From a bacterium (lineage in GTDB: Bacteria > DRYD01): 64,000 nucleotides of DNA. The notes under the pieces were generated by a model, which worked only from the letters and a program-made list of their open reading frames with translations, was not told the origin of the DNA and searched no databases. The position numbers were made by a program, and so were the translations under genes. Of the stretch, positions 57,596 through 64,000 are shown one piece after another (the first letter of the stretch is position 1; every line of letters starts with the position of its first letter). Location of the stretch: the NCBI GenBank assembly GCA_039630415.1, contig JBCNVB010000025.1:75419-139418 (forward strand), read 5' to 3'.

Positions 57596-58290
57596 GGTAC
57601 AGTAGAGTATTGTTAAAATTAAGTGGAGAGATGTTTGGTGGTGAGGCACGCAAAGGACTAGATTTTGACATAATAACCAAGTATGCGCAAGAAATAAAAA
57701 GTGTTCAAGAGCAAGGAGTACAATTTACAGTAGTGGTTGGTGGGGGGAATTTTGTAAGGGGTAGAGAGTTAAAAGGTATAGCGCGTGCTACAGCAGATTA
57801 TATGGGAATGCTAGCTACTGTTATAAACGCTTTAGCTTTCCAAGAAATACTAGAAGGAATAGGTGTACAAACAAGAGTAATGACCTCTTTGGAAATAAAG
57901 TCAGTTGCTGAACCTTTCATAAGAAGAAGGGCTATAAGGCACCTAGAAAAAGGAAGGGTGGTTATAATAGCTGGTGGAACAGGGAACCCATTCTTCTCAA
58001 CTGATACCGCAGCTGCACTAAAAGCAATAGAACTAGACTGCAATATTCTTCTAAAAGCTACTAAAGTAGATGGAGTATACTGTAGTGACCCCAATATTAA
58101 TCCAAATGCACTAAAATATACTCAACTTTCATACAAGGAAGTTCTAGAAAAAAATCTTGGCTTTATGGATAGTACCGCAATATCACTTTGTATGGAGCAC
58201 AGAATGCCAATAGCGGTATTTAGTATCAAGGATTATGGAAACATAACTAAAATTATATCTGGTCAAAATATAGGAACTATAATATGTTAA
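57592..58290 (+). CDS. pyrH: UMP kinase
   Basis: 232 aa. Contains VLLKLSGEMFGG, VVGGGNFVRG, GGTGNPFFSTDTAAAL and ATKVDGVY. Confidence 0.92.
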   Translation: MRYSRVLLKLSGEMFGGEARKGLDFDIITKYAQEIKSVQEQGVQFTVVVGGGNFVRGRELKGIARATADYMGMLATVINALAFQEILEGIGVQTRVMTSLEIKSVAEPFIRRRAIRHLEKGRVVIIAGGTGNPFFSTDTAAALKAIELDCNILLKATKVDGVYCSDPNINPNALKYTQLSYKEVLEKNLGFMDSTAISLCMEHRMPIAVFSIKDYGNITKIISGQNIGTIIC

Positions 58291-58310
58291 CTGAAAAGGG
58301 GGTAAAATAG

Positions 58311-58736
58311 ATGCCAACTATAAACCAACTTATAAGGAAAGGAAGGCAAAAAGTAAAGAAAAAATCAAAGGTACCTGCTCTGCACTATTATTATAACTCT
58401 CTACAAGGTAGAGTTTATTGGGATTCTAAAGGATCACCTCAAAAGAGAGGAGTGTGTATTCAAGTAAAAACTATAACTCCTAAAAAACCGAATTCAGCTT
58501 TAAGAAAAGTTACTAAAGTCAGACTAAGTAATGGAATGGAGGTAACTGCTTACATACCTGGTGAAGGACACAATCTACAAGAGCACTCGGTAGTTCTCAT
58601 AAGAGGTGGAAGAGTAAAGGATTTACCGGGAATAAGATATAAGGTTGTAAGAGGAAAGCTTGATGCCGCTGGAGTAGAAAAGAGAAAACAAAGTAGATCA
58701 AAGTACGGCGCACGTAACCCTAACAAGAAGAAGTAA
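58311..58736 (+). CDS. rpsL: 30S ribosomal protein S12 carrying a roughly 15-residue insertion
   Basis: 141 aa. Contains [31 protein letters not shown] and [22 protein letters not shown]. An extra segment [15 protein letters not shown] lies between PAL and PQKRGVC. Confidence 0.93.
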   Translation: MPTINQLIRKGRQKVKKKSKVPALHYYYNSLQGRVYWDSKGSPQKRGVCIQVKTITPKKPNSALRKVTKVRLSNGMEVTAYIPGEGHNLQEHSVVLIRGGRVKDLPGIRYKVVRGKLDAAGVEKRKQSRSKYGARNPNKKK

Positions 58737-58761
58737 TACCTATACTACAAATAAACTTAAT

Positions 58762-59649
58762 ATGTTCAAGTATATCGAAACCGTAGTAACTTCATTAGCA
58801 AAAGAGATATACGATAATATAAGCAAAAACTGGGGAATGTTTTTTGCAGCAACGACTATCGTATCTTTTTCCTTCTTCGTACTTCAACTAATCATCCTTG
58901 TATACTACAACATGGAAAATATAAAACAAAAAATGTTTACTCAAATAACTATACACGTATACCTTAAAAGAGATGCCAAAATTGACGAAATATCAAAGCT
59001 AATGTATATCTTGGAGTCTAATGATAAAATTTTGAATGCTACGTTGGTATCAAAAGAGGAGCTAATAAAAAGAATAGAACAGGAGACGAAGATAAGGTAT
59101 TCTGATTTACCTATAGGAAACGTAATATACATAAAGGTAAAAAAACCCGAGTATGTTGACTTAATATCTCAAGAAGTAAAAAAACATAAAGTAGTGAAGG
59201 ATGTGGTATATTGGCAAGAGTATGCAAAAAACGTTGCAAACTTGTTTGAGATAGTAAAAAAAATACTTTTTACTGTAATGGCTATAATATGCTTGGGTGT
59301 GATACTAATAATTAACAACACGGTAAAGATGTCAATTTTGTCTAGAAAAAATGAGATAAGGATAATGAATTTAGTTGGAGCGTCGGGATGGTTTATAAAA
59401 ACTCCTCTCTTTGCGGAGATATTTATCGTTTTGGTAATATCTGCCTTCATTTCACACTACTTCTTAAGACTAGGTTATGGATATATTTTTGATAAGTTCA
59501 ATTCTCAATTTTCTTTCTTTAGCTTATTGCCAGTGGATTATCTTATACATATAAGAAACGTGGTATTGGCAATCGGTTTAGTGGTTTCATTTATATTTGT
59601 AACAAATGCAATAGAAAAATATCTTAAAAAATTATCCGAAGATGAGTAG
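58762..59649 (+). CDS. ftsX: Cell-division ABC-transporter permease-like protein FtsX
   Basis: 295 aa with a TM1, periplasmic domain, three-TM architecture. The FtsX motif is [23 protein letters not shown]. No ftsE lies adjacent. Confidence 0.8.
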   Translation: MFKYIETVVTSLAKEIYDNISKNWGMFFAATTIVSFSFFVLQLIILVYYNMENIKQKMFTQITIHVYLKRDAKIDEISKLMYILESNDKILNATLVSKEELIKRIEQETKIRYSDLPIGNVIYIKVKKPEYVDLISQEVKKHKVVKDVVYWQEYAKNVANLFEIVKKILFTVMAIICLGVILIINNTVKMSILSRKNEIRIMNLVGASGWFIKTPLFAEIFIVLVISAFISHYFLRLGYGYIFDKFNSQFSFFSLLPVDYLIHIRNVVLAIGLVVSFIFVTNAIEKYLKKLSEDE

Positions 59650-60775
59650 AGTTATAATTACTACATTGATCTTTGTTTGCTTTTTATTTTCAGGTGTGAG
59701 TTTAGTAAACTCTGACGATAAAGTTGATAATCTCAAGCAACAAATATTTTATCTCAAGCAGAGGATAAAAGAGAAAAAGAAGAGACTATACTACCAAAGC
59801 TTAGCTAAGAAAGAGATAGAAAGGCAACTTTCAAAAACTTGGCAAGAATTAACTGAAATAGAGTACAATATTTTGGTTACTCAAAAGAGGCAAAAACAGA
59901 TCCAACAAAAAATTAAAAGTATTTCTTCGCAAATGGATAGTATAAGAGCTAGAATAATTACAATCAATACTTATCTAGAAAACAAGGTGATAAAATTTAT
60001 GAAATATGATGCTGATTTTTTTTACTTAATATTTACAACAAAATCTCAGGACCTAATCTTGGATTGTTTGTACATAATAAAAGAATCAATTAAGACAGAT
60101 ATAACCCTGATAAATATGCTTAACAATCAAAATAAAGAGATTGCCAAGAAAAATAAAGAGCTAATAGAGTTAAATAAAGAATTAAAACAGATAAGTAGAA
60201 GGTTGGAAGAGCAAAAAAAATACCACAGTTCAATTTTGAAAAAAAGGCAACAATTACTAGGTAAATATAAAAGAGAAATAGAAAAGACAAAGCAAGATAT
60301 TGAGTACTATGAAAGTATCCAGAAGGAAAAGTATGAAGAATTGCAGAGATATATAGCAAGAAACATGAGCAGGAGTTTAGTTTATAGGGGTGGAAAATTC
60401 TTGTGGCCTACTACTTCTTCAGTTATAACCTCATACTTTGGCTATAGAGTACACCCCATATGGGGTACTACGAGATTTCATTCGGGTATAGACATAGGAG
60501 CACCATATGGAGCACCTATATATGCGGCAGCCGATGGAATAGTAATTTTTGCTGGATGGTACTATGGATATGGATACACTGTAGTAATAGATCATGGAAG
60601 CGGAATATCTACTTTATATGCTCATTGCTCATCTATACTGGTTTCGAAGGGTCAGACTGTTTATAAGGGGCAGGTTATAGCTAGGGTGGGGTCTACCGGT
60701 AACTCCACGGGGCCACATTTGCATTTCGAAGTCCACATAAATGGTAACCCTGTTAATCCACTTAACTATTTGTAA
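59642..60775 (+). CDS. Coiled-coil M23 metallopeptidase (EnvC-like murein hydrolase or activator)
   Basis: 377 aa with a signal, a long coiled coil, then an M23 domain with [20 protein letters not shown] and [15 protein letters not shown]. Overlaps ftsX by 8 nt, matching the known FtsX-EnvC pairing. Confidence 0.85.
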   Translation: MSRVIITTLIFVCFLFSGVSLVNSDDKVDNLKQQIFYLKQRIKEKKKRLYYQSLAKKEIERQLSKTWQELTEIEYNILVTQKRQKQIQQKIKSISSQMDSIRARIITINTYLENKVIKFMKYDADFFYLIFTTKSQDLILDCLYIIKESIKTDITLINMLNNQNKEIAKKNKELIELNKELKQISRRLEEQKKYHSSILKKRQQLLGKYKREIEKTKQDIEYYESIQKEKYEELQRYIARNMSRSLVYRGGKFLWPTTSSVITSYFGYRVHPIWGTTRFHSGIDIGAPYGAPIYAAADGIVIFAGWYYGYGYTVVIDHGSGISTLYAHCSSILVSKGQTVYKGQVIARVGSTGNSTGPHLHFEVHINGNPVNPLNYL

Positions 60776-60777
60776 AC

Positions 60778-63180
60778 ATGAATATAACGCCATTATTTAA
60801 ACAGTACTTGCAGTTAAAACAAAAAGCTAAAGATGCAATATTGCTTTTTAGAGTAGGAGATTTTTATGAAACTTATTTTGAAGATGCTAAAATATTTTCG
60901 GAGGTAAATTCTGTTGTTTTGACTAAGAGAACGTTACCTGATGGTAGAACCGTACCGATGGCTGGAGTACCCTTTCATGCAGTTGATAACTACATAAAAA
61001 ATCTTCTAACTGCTGGTTACAAAATAGCTATAGCAGAACAGCTAGAGGAACCTTCAAATAAAGGAAATATTGTTAAAAGGGATATAGTTGAAATTATTAC
61101 ACCGGGTACTATAACGTCGTATAACTATCTGGATGAAAAGAGTTTTAATTTCCTAACTGCTATACACTATGCTAACCGAGTATTCCATGTTTTATCAGCC
61201 GATATTAGCGTATTAGAGGGTTTTGTTTCTATTGTAGAACCAAGTAGACTGATTAATGTTATATCTTATTTTAATCCTTCAGAAGTGCTTATATCTTCAG
61301 ATTTTCCGGAGTTGTATAAAAATCAGTTGATTAACTATAGATGTAGCGTGATTCAAAATCGTAAGTATTCTTATGAAGAATTAGTTAGGTACATAATTGA
61401 TAATAACTCTTTATTTTTACTGGAAAGGAATCAGATGTTTGATGTATTTTCGTTGCTTCTTAGTTATCTTGAGAAAAATATAATTTTGAAACCAGAAAGT
61501 TCTATTAAGTTCAGGTTACGAAAATTTGATGACGATGTGATATTCCTTGATGCTGCTACTATAAAAAATTTGGATTTAGTTGGTAAGAACAGTTTAGCGG
61601 AAATACTTGGTAATACTTCGACTGTGTTTGGTAGTAGAAAATTCAAAGTTTTTATAACTCAACCTTTAAAGAATAGGCAGAAAATACACCAAAGATTAGA
61701 AGCTGTTGAGTATTTTTACAATAATACTGATCTAATTCTTGATCTAAGAACTATTCTCAAAAAGTTACCAGATATCGAAAGAATATTATCCAAGTTTTCT
61801 ATTTACAGGTATAGCTTAAATGATTTGATTTCTTGCAAAAGATTTTTTGAAGTTCTTGAGGAATTAGTTCAAAAGATATCTATGATCAAGAATACTCCTG
61901 AGCTGATTAAAAATATTTTACAGAGTATACAGGATAGTTTTAGTTCACTTACTGAATTAAGACAAATGTTGTTAAATTGTATAGACGATCAAATAAGAGA
62001 ATTTCAGCATGTAGATCTCGTAATAAAGGAAGGATTTAATCATACTATGGATGAGTTTATTTATATTTTGAAAAATAATGATAAATGGTTAAGGGATTAT
62101 GAGGATGAGTTGAGACGAAGGACGGGTATAAAATCCCTAAAGATTTCGTATAATCAGGTGTTTGGTTACTACATAGAGGTTACCAAGGCTAATGCGAAGT
62201 TAGTGCCAAGCTATTTTGAAAGGAAGCAAACTCTTGTAAACGCGGAAAGATATGTAACTCCAGAGATAAAAGAATTTGAAGCAAATTTAGAAAAAGCTGT
62301 TTCTACAATAAATCAGCTCCAACAGGAACTGCTCAGATACATAGTATCAAGTATAAATGAGAATAGAATACACATAATCAATCTAGTGGAAAATATTTCT
62401 TTGCTAGATATAATTTTAGCCTTATCGTATGCAGCAGTTATTAATAATTACGTCAAACCTGAAATAGTTGAAGAAAAAGTTATATATATGAAGGAAGCAA
62501 GGCATCCAGTATACGAAAAATTCTTTGAATTTTTTGTACCTAATGATGTTAATATTACGCCGGAGAAGTTTTTTATAATCTTAACTGGTCCGAACATGGG
62601 TGGTAAATCCACTTACATAAAGACGGTAGCTATTAATACACTAATGGCTCATATAGGTAGTTTTATACCCTGTAGTTATGCAAAAATAGGTTTGATAGAT
62701 GGTTTATACACTAGAATAGGTTCTTCAGATGAGATAATAAGGAACAAGAGTACATTTATGGTGGAAATGTTAGAAGCAGCATATATACTTGATAATTGTA
62801 CTGAAAACAGTTTAATTGTAATGGATGAGATAGGTAGAGGGACCAGTACTTATGATGGTATGGCAATTGCCTGGGCTATATGTGAATACCTATCAACTAA
62901 AGTAAAATGTAGATCGATTCTAGCTACACATTTTCATCAATTAGCAAATTTAGAAAAGGTTAATTCCAACATAGCTAATTATCATGTTAAAGTTTTGGAA
63001 GCAGATGATAGAGTCGAGTTTACCTACAAAGTAGTTAAAGGAGCAGCGGAAAAGAGTTACGGAATATTTGTAGCTAAAATAGCCGGGGTTAAACCTGAAG
63101 TAATTAAAATAGCTGACCAAGTACTCCGAAATTTTGAAAAAATCACAGGAATTAAGAAAGTACAAACAAAGTTTATTTGA
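60778..63180 (+). CDS. mutS: DNA mismatch repair protein MutS
   Basis: 800 aa. Mismatch-binding N-terminus is TPLFKQYLQLKQKAKDAILLFRVGDFYETYFEDA. Walker A is GPNMGGKST, and the sequence STFMVEMLE...DEIGRGTSTYDG is present. Confidence 0.93.
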   Translation: MNITPLFKQYLQLKQKAKDAILLFRVGDFYETYFEDAKIFSEVNSVVLTKRTLPDGRTVPMAGVPFHAVDNYIKNLLTAGYKIAIAEQLEEPSNKGNIVKRDIVEIITPGTITSYNYLDEKSFNFLTAIHYANRVFHVLSADISVLEGFVSIVEPSRLINVISYFNPSEVLISSDFPELYKNQLINYRCSVIQNRKYSYEELVRYIIDNNSLFLLERNQMFDVFSLLLSYLEKNIILKPESSIKFRLRKFDDDVIFLDAATIKNLDLVGKNSLAEILGNTSTVFGSRKFKVFITQPLKNRQKIHQRLEAVEYFYNNTDLILDLRTILKKLPDIERILSKFSIYRYSLNDLISCKRFFEVLEELVQKISMIKNTPELIKNILQSIQDSFSSLTELRQMLLNCIDDQIREFQHVDLVIKEGFNHTMDEFIYILKNNDKWLRDYEDELRRRTGIKSLKISYNQVFGYYIEVTKANAKLVPSYFERKQTLVNAERYVTPEIKEFEANLEKAVSTINQLQQELLRYIVSSINENRIHIINLVENISLLDIILALSYAAVINNYVKPEIVEEKVIYMKEARHPVYEKFFEFFVPNDVNITPEKFFIILTGPNMGGKSTYIKTVAINTLMAHIGSFIPCSYAKIGLIDGLYTRIGSSDEIIRNKSTFMVEMLEAAYILDNCTENSLIVMDEIGRGTSTYDGMAIAWAICEYLSTKVKCRSILATHFHQLANLEKVNSNIANYHVKVLEADDRVEFTYKVVKGAAEKSYGIFVAKIAGVKPEVIKIADQVLRNFEKITGIKKVQTKFI

Positions 63181-63218
63181 ACAAAATAGTTAAAAAAATT
63201 TGGCAATAGAGGTGAACT

Positions 63219-63464
63219 ATGGTTAAGAAAGAGCCAGTAAGAATAATAGCTATAACTGATGACTACAGAGTAGAAGGATATATGTATATCATACCTGGTG
63301 GAAGAATTGTGGATGAACTAAATAAAACAAATCAATTCCTCCCTCTTACGGATTGCATTATATGTGACAAAAATACTTCTCTAGAAATAGAAAAAGTTAA
63401 ATTTATGGCATTGAATAAGGATAAGATTAGTATCTTATTTCCTGCTGATGAGGTTTTAAGCTAA
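63219..63464 (+). CDS. Hypothetical small protein
   Basis: 81-aa ORF with SD-like GAGGTG 6 nt upstream. No recognisable motif. Confidence 0.4.
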   Translation: MVKKEPVRIIAITDDYRVEGYMYIIPGGRIVDELNKTNQFLPLTDCIICDKNTSLEIEKVKFMALNKDKISILFPADEVLS

Positions 63465-63487
63465 TTTAGTTTAAGGGTTGATAACAA

Positions 63488-64000
63488 ATGTTGAGAATTT
63501 TAATTATTGTTTTGTACACTTGTATATCGGTGATTATTATTTGGATGGTGTATCAAAAGTCTATCATTAATATATCTTACGTATATGCACTAATACAGTC
63601 AAACTGGGTGGTTTTAGTTGTTTCGATTTTCTTGTGCTTTATATCTTTTTTACTAAAAGTTATTAGATGGTACATGCTGTTGGGGCTTAGTTATTCAGGA
63701 TTAAATTTCTTATATTTGTTAAATTTAAGTGCCACAGGTTCTTTATTAAACTCTGTGGGTTTAAGTTTGTTAATCAGTGATGGTATAAAAAGTGGGGTTC
63801 TGGTTTTATCAACTATGAAGGATATTGGTTTAGCTAATTCGAATAAATGGTATTTGCTTTTTAGTCCCTACCTTGATAGATTTATAGGTTTTGTAGCTGC
63901 AATAGCTATTTTTTCGATATTTTTCCTTAAGAATATAATTTTACTGGTTTTGGGATTATTGATTTTGGGAGTATGTTTAATTTATACTAGAAATGAGTAT
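63488..64000 (+). CDS. Polytopic membrane protein, possibly of the flippase-like / LPG-synthase-TM family (5' part, continues beyond the window)
   Basis: Absent from the ORF track because it is edge-truncated. ATG at 63488 opens a stop-free frame to 64000 (171 codons) encoding successive hydrophobic helices with LLKVIRWYMLL after TM2. The family call is tentative. Confidence 0.45.
   Translation, partial: MLRILIIVLYTCISVIIIWMVYQKSIINISYVYALIQSNWVVLVVSIFLCFISFLLKVIRWYMLLGLSYSGLNFLYLLNLSATGSLLNSVGLSLLISDGIKSGVLVLSTMKDIGLANSNKWYLLFSPYLDRFIGFVAAIAIFSIFFLKNIILLVLGLLILGVCLIYTRNEY

Overview
Visibly AT-rich, very gene-dense bacterial chromosomal segment. Most spacers are under 60 nt and many start/stop codons overlap. 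The GC-rich stems of the single tRNA in an AT-rich background suggest a thermophile (inference only; taxon not identified). Positions 1-27,982 carry 20 minus-strand genes: an edge-truncated Ser/Thr kinase with TPR repeats, a CaCA-type antiporter, fliH-fliI-fliJ, alaS, an ABC permease, leuD-leuC and a short LeuA-family synthase, a SpoIID-domain protein, prfB, mfd, a second ABC permease, a gyrA/parC-like gene and accC. A tRNA-Ser(UGA) at 28,104 marks a switch to a plus-strand run up to 49.4 kb: pilB/gspE-type ATPase, accD, a GT2, acnA, an I9-like small protein, an LpxB-like glycosyltransferase, an LMW phosphatase and the pilin-like genes below. The remainder is mostly housekeeping: RsmB/F-like methyltransferase, three membrane proteins, holB, yebC, tsf, pyrH, rpsL, ftsX, an M23/EnvC-like peptidase and mutS. 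Two elements stand out. (1) A roughly 1 kb non-coding island at 10,025-11,024 holds 16 DnaA-box-like 9-mers in 327 bp with 11 and 21-22 bp phasing, followed by an extremely AT-rich tract with 10-nt periodic repeats. This is a candidate oriC with no dnaA or dnaN in the window, and it conflicts with the gene-orientation switch at 28 kb. (2) At 37.2-49.4 kb lie three tandem paralogous genes for proteins of about 1,080-1,115 aa. Each joins a textbook type IV prepilin leader and N-methylation motif (KG|(I/L)SLLELIVG...) to a small pilin-like domain, a linker, and a roughly 900-aa module with Asp-box (SxDxGxxW) motifs and a periodic strand signature suggesting beta-propellers. Copy A is broken by a 1-nt frameshift. 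Copies B and C are mosaics of near-identical and divergent segments. A glycosyltransferase and an RNA methyltransferase sit between A and B. An orphan PilB ATPase (28.4 kb) and a small pilin-like gene (55.3 kb) are the only other pilus parts visible. I regard the giant modular pilin family as the best candidate for an undescribed system. All functional calls rest on motif recognition by eye; no database search was possible.
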